Origin: a virus
Taxonomy: Duplodnaviria > Caudoviricetes
IMG/VR virus record: IMGVR_UViG_3300017716_001496
Location: 1-37,098 of that record
Length of the DNA: 37,098 bases
Reading direction: 5' to 3' (one strand)
Shown here: piece after piece, positions 25,715-34,060 of the stretch
Layout of the letters: every line of letters begins with the position of its first letter
Numbering within the stretch: the stretch's first letter is position 1
Position numbers and translations under genes: made by a program
Notes under the pieces: generated by a model
Databases searched by the model: none
What the model was told of the DNA's origin: nothing
What the model saw: the letters and a program-made list of their open reading frames with translations, nothing else

Positions 25715-27136
25715 ATTCCATACATTCCAATCGTCTCATCTGCCGACAGGCGGACACGCTACGGCATGTCTCCGCTCCGGCTGCTCAATATGTTCGCCGT
25801 GCCGGTTCCGGTCGATGCGGGCAAGCCTGCGCGGGTGGCGATCATTCCAGCGCCGGGCAGGGTGCAGCGTGTGGATCTCGGCGCGACCATTCAGGGCGTC
25901 TACTGCGAACCTGGAGTTCGCAACGGTGCGCTGTTCGCAGTCGCTGGCGGGCATCTTTACAGCATCAGCTCGTCATGGGCTGCAACCGATCTGGGCGCTA
26001 TCTCAGGCTCGGGCGATGCAGTGTTCGCGGGCCTGCGTGATGCGCTTTACGTCGCCCGTGCGGCCAAGCCCTACAAGTGGGACGGGGCCACGCTGACGCA
26101 GGTGTCGGACGTGGACGCGCCAGACGCCTCCAGCATGCTTGTTCTGGCTCAGCGCCTTGTTGCAGCGGAGGCGGGCGCTGATACGTTCTACTGGTCCGAC
26201 ACGCTGGACGGCACAGACTGGGAAGCGCTGAGCTTCGCCACGGCAGAGCAACGGCCCGACGCGATCTATCGCATGGTCAGGGTGTCCGGCCAGATTGTCG
26301 CCATGGGCGCGGCATCGGTGGAGGTGATCCGCGCGACGGGTGACGTAGACCTGCCGTTCGCCAATCTTACAGGCCAGTCGATCGATGAGACTGAGGGCGT
26401 TCTTGGACCTGAAGCCTACGCCATCCGAGGCGACAAGCTGTTTTTGATCGGCGGCAACCTGTCGCCCTACATGATGAACGGGTTCAACTTTGCGAACTTG
26501 CCCCGCAATGGCGAGATGGAGGACGAGCTAATAGAGCTGAGCGCGGCTAACCGCCTGCTCGTCACCTGCATGGCCTATCAATGGGGCTCCAACGAGTTCT
26601 TCAAGGTCCGCATTCCGGGCTCCGCGGCTTACGTGCTCAACACCACCACGGGCTACTGGCATCGTGAGCAATCGTGGGAAGAGGACACCTACCTGCCGCG
26701 CTGGCATGCGTCAGCTTATGGCTACGACGTGATGGCCGACGAGGGCGGCACCGCAATCTACACGCTGTCAAACACCACTTATGCAGACGCAGGCACGACG
26801 ATTGAACGGATGGTTACGCTCCGTCCGATGTTCGAGAGCTATACCACAATTGGCTCGCTCTGTCTTGACCTGCAGGCATATGGAAGGCCGCTCAGCGGGC
26901 AGGGCTCTGACCCTACTATCATGGTCACACTCTCGACCGATGGCCGCAACACGCTGGACACCAACCGCAACGAGGTAACGCTGCAGGCTGGCGCTGACGG
27001 CACCTACCTCAAGCCTGTCCTGTGGGGCCTTGGCATGATCCCACCCGGCGAAGGCGCGACCATCACAATCCGCATGACCGATCCCGCTGGCGTGACGCTT
27101 TACGGCGCGTGGCTCAATGAAGGTCAGAAGTCGTGA
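25715..27136 (+). CDS. Tail hub / DNA stabilization protein (P22 gp10-like beta-propeller)
   Basis: FYWSDTLDGTDWEALSFATAEQRPD motif. In-frame upstream extension from ATT 25715 with SD AGGGG. The ORF track starts at ATG 25766. Confidence 0.82.
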   Translation: MPYIPIVSSADRRTRYGMSPLRLLNMFAVPVPVDAGKPARVAIIPAPGRVQRVDLGATIQGVYCEPGVRNGALFAVAGGHLYSISSSWAATDLGAISGSGDAVFAGLRDALYVARAAKPYKWDGATLTQVSDVDAPDASSMLVLAQRLVAAEAGADTFYWSDTLDGTDWEALSFATAEQRPDAIYRMVRVSGQIVAMGAASVEVIRATGDVDLPFANLTGQSIDETEGVLGPEAYAIRGDKLFLIGGNLSPYMMNGFNFANLPRNGEMEDELIELSAANRLLVTCMAYQWGSNEFFKVRIPGSAAYVLNTTTGYWHREQSWEEDTYLPRWHASAYGYDVMADEGGTAIYTLSNTTYADAGTTIERMVTLRPMFESYTTIGSLCLDLQAYGRPLSGQGSDPTIMVTLSTDGRNTLDTNRNEVTLQAGADGTYLKPVLWGLGMIPPGEGATITIRMTDPAGVTLYGAWLNEGQKS

Positions 27137-27717
27137 CCGACAAGCTTTACGTCTCGTTTCTTCGGGCGGGCGACAAAATCCTCAACCCTGATGGGACCGT
27201 GACGGAAAGCTTCCGCAACTCATGGAATGCGCTTCTGCTGCGCACGGGCAATCAGGTCTCCAACGACGTGCTCGGCGTCATCAACGGCGTGGCGCAGGCG
27301 CGGGCTGAGGCAGCGGCAGCGGCATCTGCGGCGGCGGCGGCATCTCAACAAGCAGTTGATGCTGTCTCCGGCGCGGGCGGCTCTCCCAGCTTTTACCTCA
27401 CCTCGAGCGCATCCGATGTGTTCGGCACAGTCGTCACGACCGGCACAGCGACGACGAGCGCAATCACGTTCACGACCAACGGCGGAACAGGACCATATAC
27501 GTGGGCCTATACGCTGCTTGATGGCGACACGTTCACCGTCACATCGCCAACGGCGGCTTCGACCACCTTCACCATCAACATCGCCTTTGTCAGCACTTCC
27601 AAAAGCGCTGTCTACAAAGTCACGGTTACTGACTCCCTAGCCGCCACCGCAACCTTCACTTTCGGCGTCTCTGCCTGGAGTGAAGCGGGCGAGGGCAGCG
27701 GCGGCATTATCCCATAG
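27133..27717 (+). CDS. Tail accessory protein with Ala-rich helix and C-terminal Ig-like domain
   Basis: GTGA overlap. ILNPDGTVTESFRNSW N-terminus. GGTGPYTWAY...YKVTVTDSLAATAT Ig-like motif. Confidence 0.7.
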   Translation: MTDKLYVSFLRAGDKILNPDGTVTESFRNSWNALLLRTGNQVSNDVLGVINGVAQARAEAAAAASAAAAASQQAVDAVSGAGGSPSFYLTSSASDVFGTVVTTGTATTSAITFTTNGGTGPYTWAYTLLDGDTFTVTSPTAASTTFTINIAFVSTSKSAVYKVTVTDSLAATATFTFGVSAWSEAGEGSGGIIP

Positions 27718-27729
27718 CGCGGATTTCCC

Positions 27730-30192
27730 ATGGCAACTGCAGTCTTCGTTCATAACGCCCTTCTCACGGGCGGCGGCGCAGCTTCGGGCGCAAAGCTGAA
27801 CACCTATGTTCAGGGCACCATGACGCGGCAATCCGTGTATGTGGATTCCGCGCTGAGCGAGGTATCGGCCAACCCCTATGTTGCTGATGCAAATGGACTA
27901 ATGCGTGTTTATTTCTCCGACGCGCTCAGCTACAAGTTTGTCATTACCACATCGGACGGCGTCACGCTGCTGACGGCTGATGTGGTCGGCGCAATCCTGA
28001 CGCTCACCTACATCAACCCGGATTACAGCGACTCGCCCATCATCCACACGTCATGGGTCGAAGCGCTCGGCACACCGCTTGGCGATGGCTGGACGGAAGC
28101 GTTTGCCGAGGATGTGCCGTTTGTCTATCCCGCGGGCGCAGTCGGTGATGGCGTCAAAGGCTACAGCGGCGTGGCGACTGCGGCAGACCAGACGTTCACT
28201 GACGGCAACGCGGCATTCGTCGCGGCGGATGTTGGCAAGCCCATCGTCATCAAGAACGCGGGCGCGGCGCGTCTTAAGGTCAACAGCGCGACGGTTAGCG
28301 CAGGTGGGGCAAGTTATGCCGTAGGCGAACTGATCACGGTCCCTGGTGGAACATCTCGAACACCAGCGGTTTTCCGCATCGAGGCAGTAACCGCAGGCCA
28401 GCCGACAACGGTGTCCGTTCGCTGCCGTGGGCACTATACAACGCTTCCATCAAATCCCGTAGCAACGACTTCAAACGGAAGCGGTACTGGCTGCACGCTG
28501 ACGCTCACCTCTGAGACGATCTACGAGCCGCACCGCACGACGATTGCCAGCATCAACTCGGGCACGTCGATCGAGCTGACTGCAGCGCCGACGACAAGCG
28601 TAGCATCCTCAGCGCGCTATACCTACGGCACGGACGACACCGCCTCGCTGCAAGCCTGCCTGAACGCTGCAGGCTTCATGGGCGCCATGGCTCTTGCTGC
28701 GGGTCGGGTCTACTGCTTCAGCAACCTGACGCTTCCGACGAACGCCGCAGCCGGGCAATACTACAAGAACCGCAACGCGATTGTCTGCCCCGATGGCATG
28801 GCGGAACTGGCGTGCATCGGCGGCGGGGATGATGATTACGGCATCGCCCCGGATCGCTGGCTCACGGCGAACGCCAACAAAGCATTCGCAGGAAGCCCGT
28901 GGGAGTTCCGCAACATCATCTTTGACGGGCTCTATACGGTTGAGCGGACGCTTGTTCACAAGAGCTATTCCAGCCTCTACAACAACTGCTGGTTCCGTGG
29001 CGGGATGATTGCGGACTTCGAGGCGACCCGCCAGAACCAGGATGGGACGGACGGAACATCGGGCTACAACTCCGGCAACAAGATCGAGACATGCCTCTTT
29101 GATGGCGAGGGGCTTTACCAGTTCCGCAGCCTTGGCGACACGACCGGCCTTTCGGATGCAACGACCGATGGCGATCTGGTTGACTGCGATTTCAACGGTC
29201 AGGCCAAAGCCGATTACGGTTCCTACATTGGGAATGGCGGCGGCTGGATTGTCTCGCGCTCGCGTTGGTATTCGCAACGGATTGCCGGCTGCTATATCGA
29301 TGTGCTTGCACGCGGCAACATGATTGCAAGCTGCAACTTTGAAGGCGGCGACGAGACTTACGACACTGTGCCGGGCCTCATCGTCGGACAGATGGGCGGC
29401 TACAATGACGCCGTTATCGGCCCCGGAAACAAGCATTACTCGCCCGTTCTCGTGGACTTCAAAGCGGACACCAGCGCAGAAACGATCCGCATCAAGGGCG
29501 ACCATTTCATAACCAAGATTGACGCATCTCCCGATGCGACCGCAATCCACAACAACAACCGCTCGCAGAAAACCCTTGTGCTGGAAGACTGCACGGGTGA
29601 CGCCGATCCGCTCTACTCACGCGCCAGCGGCAACACGGATGGCATTATCGAGCTGTACCGCTGCACGTCCGCTAGTGCGACTGGCTCGCTCAAATACATC
29701 ACCCAGCTTCGCGATGAGCCCGGCGCGACGACCTCGCCGGAAACGTATATCCGCGAGACGGCCTCACCTGCGGCCAATGATGATATCTACTCGGTCGAAT
29801 ACTACTCGCGCGACAGCGGGGGCAACCGCACGCAATACGCTGGCCTCCGTGTCGAGATCGGCGCCGCGACAGACGGCGCAGAGTTCGGACGTTATGTCTG
29901 GACGACGATTGGAAGCGGCGCGTCTGCTGACCGATTTACGATGCAGTTGGGCTTCTACGCCTCCAGCCTGACAGATCCCGGCAATGGCGATTTCAATGCA
30001 GTTACGGGGTACTATACCAACAACCTGCGCGTTATCGGTACGCGCAAAACCGGCTGGACTGTTCCCACTGGAACCCGCTCGCGCGCAACCTACGACGTGG
30101 CAACGGTGACGCTTGCCGAACTTGCTGCACGGGTCGCAGCGCTTGAAGACGACTTGCACGCGACTGCCGGTCACGGCCTCATCGGCGCATAA
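27730..30192 (+). CDS. Tailspike / receptor-binding protein (head-binding domain, beta-helix, gp26-like C-terminus)
   Basis: N-terminal GAKLNTYVQGT...NPYVADANG. Split GAVGDG...TDDTASLQACLNAA beta-helix cap. Asn/Gly/Cys beta-helix repeats. C-terminal VIGTRKTGW...ALEDDL...HGLIG. Confidence 0.85.
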   Translation: MATAVFVHNALLTGGGAASGAKLNTYVQGTMTRQSVYVDSALSEVSANPYVADANGLMRVYFSDALSYKFVITTSDGVTLLTADVVGAILTLTYINPDYSDSPIIHTSWVEALGTPLGDGWTEAFAEDVPFVYPAGAVGDGVKGYSGVATAADQTFTDGNAAFVAADVGKPIVIKNAGAARLKVNSATVSAGGASYAVGELITVPGGTSRTPAVFRIEAVTAGQPTTVSVRCRGHYTTLPSNPVATTSNGSGTGCTLTLTSETIYEPHRTTIASINSGTSIELTAAPTTSVASSARYTYGTDDTASLQACLNAAGFMGAMALAAGRVYCFSNLTLPTNAAAGQYYKNRNAIVCPDGMAELACIGGGDDDYGIAPDRWLTANANKAFAGSPWEFRNIIFDGLYTVERTLVHKSYSSLYNNCWFRGGMIADFEATRQNQDGTDGTSGYNSGNKIETCLFDGEGLYQFRSLGDTTGLSDATTDGDLVDCDFNGQAKADYGSYIGNGGGWIVSRSRWYSQRIAGCYIDVLARGNMIASCNFEGGDETYDTVPGLIVGQMGGYNDAVIGPGNKHYSPVLVDFKADTSAETIRIKGDHFITKIDASPDATAIHNNNRSQKTLVLEDCTGDADPLYSRASGNTDGIIELYRCTSASATGSLKYITQLRDEPGATTSPETYIRETASPAANDDIYSVEYYSRDSGGNRTQYAGLRVEIGAATDGAEFGRYVWTTIGSGASADRFTMQLGFYASSLTDPGNGDFNAVTGYYTNNLRVIGTRKTGWTVPTGTRSRATYDVATVTLAELAARVAALEDDLHATAGHGLIGA

Positions 30193-30206
30193 GAGGAAAT
30201 CCCCGC

Positions 30207-30848
30207 ATGTCACTCCCGAATGACGCCGAGCGCGTCAAATTCCTCGCGCATGTTGAATTGCAGCGCACAGACTGGAAGCTGTTCCGCGCCATGGAGCGGC
30301 GTTTTGCCGGCGCTGAATGGTGCGACTGGCGCGATGCCATGCGCGAGATTGCGAGCCATCCCGAGGGCCATGCAGAGCCGCTACCGCCAGAGCCTCCGTT
30401 TGGCGCGCCGGTCAGTGAACTGGACGCCCTGCGCGAAGAGAACGCCCGGCTTCGCGCCGAGGCTGATCGTCACAACTTCCCGGCGAACCTTTCGGACAAG
30501 CTCTCCGACTGGGACACGGGGGCGGACGAGAACAACCTCACCACGGCGGACCTGAGCGAAGACCTAGCGCAACTGGTGACAGGCGAAGAGACGCTTGCGC
30601 AGGCCGTCGAGCGCATGACGCCGGGCCTCGATGAACTGCTGGATATGGCGCAGGCGCTTTCCAATCCCTCGCTGGAGAAGGCTATCGCTACGATTGAGCC
30701 AGAGCGCGCGAACGACTGGATGGAGCGGCTGTTTTCTGAGCGGGGGCGGCTGCGGCTTGCACGCGGAACGGTGGATGAAAATCTATCGCGCGAGAACCTG
30801 ATCAACAAGACCGTTGGCGTTTTTGGGCGTGTGGGCGCCAAGCGATGA
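30207..30848 (+). CDS. Tail fibre assembly chaperone-like protein with C-terminal extension
   Basis: RTDW...EWCDWRDAMREI...LPPEP resembles the TDW...W..YR..LRD...P..P tail-assembly chaperone motif. Directly follows the tailspike. Confidence 0.55.
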   Translation: MSLPNDAERVKFLAHVELQRTDWKLFRAMERRFAGAEWCDWRDAMREIASHPEGHAEPLPPEPPFGAPVSELDALREENARLRAEADRHNFPANLSDKLSDWDTGADENNLTTADLSEDLAQLVTGEETLAQAVERMTPGLDELLDMAQALSNPSLEKAIATIEPERANDWMERLFSERGRLRLARGTVDENLSRENLINKTVGVFGRVGAKR

Positions 30849-30850
30849 CT

Positions 30851-31325
30851 AACTTAGGGGCTGGGCAAAATGACCGAGTTTATACTGAAGGACCAGCTTG
30901 AGCTTTCAAAGCGCTTAGCTGAACGGGCCGAGTGGGAGCGGATCGCCAATCTTCAAGAGGCGGTTGCCACTCTCAGGACACGGTTTGACGATGCAATAGA
31001 GCGCATAAGAGAGCGCCTTGCTGATGCCGTTTCTGATGACGACATCAAGGACATAAAGCGAGAATGGGAGACCGCCTTGCGTGATGCCATTTCGGGTATC
31101 CGAGAACACTTCACCACGGCCAATGAGCAGCAGTCAAACGCTCTGCTCGGGCAAGTCGAGTTGATGCTTTCGCGCGATCGTGCAGCCGCAGAGCATGAGG
31201 CGAAGAAGACCCGCCAGCAATTCCAGATGGCGATATTCGCAGCGGTGCTCTCGATCATGGGGGCGCTGTTTGTGTTCTACGAGACTTCAAGGCTGCAATA
31301 GAAGCAACTGAGGGCTGGGCAAATG
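30851..31325 (+). repeat. Near-identical ~20-nt translation-initiation regions at 30851-30872 and 31306-31325
   Basis: AACTTAGGGGCTGGGCAAAATG vs AACTGAGGGCTGGGCAAATG. Confidence 0.7.
30870..31301 (+). CDS. Coiled-coil protein with C-terminal TM anchor
   Basis: Helical charged body followed by FQMAIFAAVLSIMGALFVFY. Confidence 0.8.
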   Translation: MTEFILKDQLELSKRLAERAEWERIANLQEAVATLRTRFDDAIERIRERLADAVSDDDIKDIKREWETALRDAISGIREHFTTANEQQSNALLGQVELMLSRDRAAAEHEAKKTRQQFQMAIFAAVLSIMGALFVFYETSRLQ

Positions 31326-32546
31326 TTCATCAAGTTCATGAAGGCCGCAGGTAGTGGCCTAGACACATTCCTCGCTATGAAGAACGAGGACGGCCTCACC
31401 AAGAAGCTGACTGTCTTCGGCATCCTCATCCTGACCATTGGACTTGCAACGCTGTCCATCACGGGCGCGTTTGCCAAGTCAAGCGGTGATGGCGGCGCAT
31501 GGGTCGGGCGTCTGGCCTATGCGCTTGTGGTGCTTGGCCTGGAATTGCTCGCAGCCGTTTTGTTCGTTCGCGCCATGGCGACAAAGGACAGGCCGCGCCA
31601 GATCATCTGCTTTGCGATCATGCTCCCGCTCATGTGGGCGAATGTGCAGAACGCGAAAGACGGATTGCATTATATCATGCCGTCAACCTTTGGCGCGTCG
31701 AGCGTTGTTCTCAACGCCAAAGCCGACCTCGCACGTGAAGAAGCCGCCAAACTGACGACAACGGCGGACACGGTTGCAGCCTCGACCCCGGAAGAACTGG
31801 AACGCATTCGCAAGCAGATTGCGGACCTGCGTGTTGAGCAGAAGAAGATGGCGGCGCAGAGCCCCGAGGGCGTGAAGGAAGCGCAAGCCCTGCTGCTGGC
31901 CCAAGGCAAGTATTACGGCTCAGTTGATGGTATCCGCGAGAACCTGACCGAAGCTGCCATGCGCGGGCGGGGCGAGGAGATCCAAGGCGAACTGGCCGAA
32001 CTGAAGGAGCGCGAAACTTCGTTGGCAAGCGGTGCGCCTGTTCCAGTTCAGGCTGCTTCGACCGATCGCCGGGTTGACGAGATTGAGCTTCGCGACCAAG
32101 CGGCCAAGGCGGCTGACGCTGAACTGCGCGCCGACGTGATCTTCTGGATTTCCGAGTTCGCCCGGCAGTTCCTGCTTTATGCGGCAGCAACTACCCTGAC
32201 GGCGACTGCTACGGTTGCAGGTTTGCGCCGTATGGAGGAGCTAGCCGAGGCAGAGCACCAGCTTGCCCTTGCTGCCATGCGCGCCGGTATGAGCCATGCG
32301 CCGGTTGCCGCGGCCCCCGTAGCCCCGCCCCCGGAACCGGCCCCAGAGCCCATTACTGAGCCCGTGGAGACGGTTTCCGCCCCAGCCGCACCCATTGAGC
32401 CAGAACTGCCTCCCGTTGATCAGCGGGCACGCAAGGGCGGCAAGAACGCATCGTTCCTGAAGGAAGCCAAGAAAGCCGCCAAGAACCGCGTCCTGATCCT
32501 CGCTGATCGTTCGGACGCCCAAGTCATGAAGGTGGCCGCAGAATGA
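31323..32546 (+). CDS. Multi-TM coiled-coil membrane protein with peptidoglycan-binding-like motif
   Basis: Three N-terminal TMs, a coiled coil containing VKEAQALLLAQGKYYGSVDGIRENLTEAAM, a fourth hydrophobic segment and a Pro-rich basic tail. Confidence 0.8.
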   Translation: MFIKFMKAAGSGLDTFLAMKNEDGLTKKLTVFGILILTIGLATLSITGAFAKSSGDGGAWVGRLAYALVVLGLELLAAVLFVRAMATKDRPRQIICFAIMLPLMWANVQNAKDGLHYIMPSTFGASSVVLNAKADLAREEAAKLTTTADTVAASTPEELERIRKQIADLRVEQKKMAAQSPEGVKEAQALLLAQGKYYGSVDGIRENLTEAAMRGRGEEIQGELAELKERETSLASGAPVPVQAASTDRRVDEIELRDQAAKAADAELRADVIFWISEFARQFLLYAAATTLTATATVAGLRRMEELAEAEHQLALAAMRAGMSHAPVAAAPVAPPPEPAPEPITEPVETVSAPAAPIEPELPPVDQRARKGGKNASFLKEAKKAAKNRVLILADRSDAQVMKVAAE

Positions 32547-34060
32547 ATCATTTTTTGTGCATCGACTGCGGAACTTCAACGTCAGCCGTAGGCATCTATG
32601 GCCCGCTTGGCCCTGAAGTCGTGAAGGTGGACGGGGCCGATACCATGCCCTCCGTCGTGATGCTGGTCCCGACCGAAGACCCCGCAAATCCGTGGGACGT
32701 TGTCGTCGGAGCGAAGGCCATCAAGGCGCGCGACTTCGATCCCAAGAGCCCATATTGCTTCACCTCGATCAAGCGTCAGCTTGGGGCAGTCTACAACCCC
32801 GAGGAAGCGACCCCGGACCAGATGGTCCCTGCGCCCAACGGGATGCTCCACTATCAGGGGCCGGATGGCGTCACCTACGCCCCCGAAGAACTGATCGCAC
32901 ATATCCTAGTGCATCTCCGCAAAACGGCAGAAGCCAAGATCGGGCAGACCGTCACCAGCCTCATTCTCTGCGTTCCGACCGGCTTCAACATCGCCCAACG
33001 CAATGCGCTTCGCAAAGCGGCGGACCTTGCTGGCTTTGATGAAGTCGAACTGCTGGACGAGCCTGTCGCGGCAGCAATCGCACACGGCTTCCAGATCGAA
33101 GACGACAAGGTCTATCGGATCTTCGTCTGTGACGTGGGAGCCGGAACAACCGACTGCGCAGCCTTCGAGATCGGTGCGGGGCTGTTCCGTGTACTCGGGA
33201 CCAATGGCGCTGAACTGGTCGGCGGCGATGATTGGGACCGCAATATCCGCTCGCAGGCCCTGAACATGCACCAGCTTGAGCATGAAGATTCGACGCTGGC
33301 GACCGACGCAACCGTGCTGCGCCTCATGCTGACGCAAGCTGAGCTTACCAAACGCCGGCTGTCGGATGAGGAAGCAACCGAGTTCAGGATGCTTGAAGCT
33401 GGCGTGGACAAGCTGGGCGAGGATATCCACATCGTCCAGCGCTTCAGCCGCGACCTGATGGACGAGATTACCTCAGAGCTTTTGAACGATATCGATGACG
33501 CCATTGACCGCACGATGGCAGAGGCAAAGCAGAAAGACCCCCGATTCACCATCAGAGACATCGACGCTGTGATTTGTGTCGGCGGGCAAACGCGCGTGAA
33601 AGCGATCCAGAAGCGTGTCGCGCAGAAGTTCCAGAAGCAGCCGCGCTCAGACGTTGACCCGGAGCTTGCGGTTGTTCTCGGCGGTGCAGTGCAGGCAGGC
33701 ATCCGAGAGGGCAGGCTGGCGAGCATTACGGTCCAGAACATCACGGCGCACAGCTTCAGCATCGAGACGCACGACAAGCCGCAAGACGTGGCGACCGAGA
33801 TCGTCCGCAAGGGCACGGCCTTTGGAACGCGCGCAACCTGGTGGCTGTCCAACCGCGACCGCGATCAGGGCTCCGTGACGCTCCGGCTGCTTCAAGGCGA
33901 TGACAAAGACCCCGCCAAGAATATCCTCGTCTGGGAACAGCACATTGAGATCGAGCCCGGCGATCCGCGCTCTGCGGAGATCCAGCTAGACGTTGAGATC
34001 GACCCGTCTGGCGAACCTATATTGGAAGTCGCGGGCTATCGTTATGGGCGGGTGGGATGA
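32543..34060 (+). CDS. Hsp70/DnaK-family ATPase, divergent and lacking the helical lid
   Basis: IDCGTSTS, TMPSVV, SIKRQLG, VPTGFNIAQRNALRKAADLAG, DEPVAAAIAHG, DVGAGTTD, VGGDDWD, VGGQTRV, VDPELAVVLGGAVQAG, and SBD-beta-like DQGSVTLRLLQGD. Confidence 0.93.
   Translation: MNHFLCIDCGTSTSAVGIYGPLGPEVVKVDGADTMPSVVMLVPTEDPANPWDVVVGAKAIKARDFDPKSPYCFTSIKRQLGAVYNPEEATPDQMVPAPNGMLHYQGPDGVTYAPEELIAHILVHLRKTAEAKIGQTVTSLILCVPTGFNIAQRNALRKAADLAGFDEVELLDEPVAAAIAHGFQIEDDKVYRIFVCDVGAGTTDCAAFEIGAGLFRVLGTNGAELVGGDDWDRNIRSQALNMHQLEHEDSTLATDATVLRLMLTQAELTKRRLSDEEATEFRMLEAGVDKLGEDIHIVQRFSRDLMDEITSELLNDIDDAIDRTMAEAKQKDPRFTIRDIDAVICVGGQTRVKAIQKRVAQKFQKQPRSDVDPELAVVLGGAVQAGIREGRLASITVQNITAHSFSIETHDKPQDVATEIVRKGTAFGTRATWWLSNRDRDQGSVTLRLLQGDDKDPAKNILVWEQHIEIEPGDPRSAEIQLDVEIDPSGEPILEVAGYRYGRVG

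Noticed and set aside
32543-34060. Hsp70 as a host dnaK marking a prophage boundary or misassembly
   Set aside because: It is coupled by ATGA overlaps to phage genes on both sides, is highly divergent and lid-less, and lacks dnaJ/grpE neighbours.
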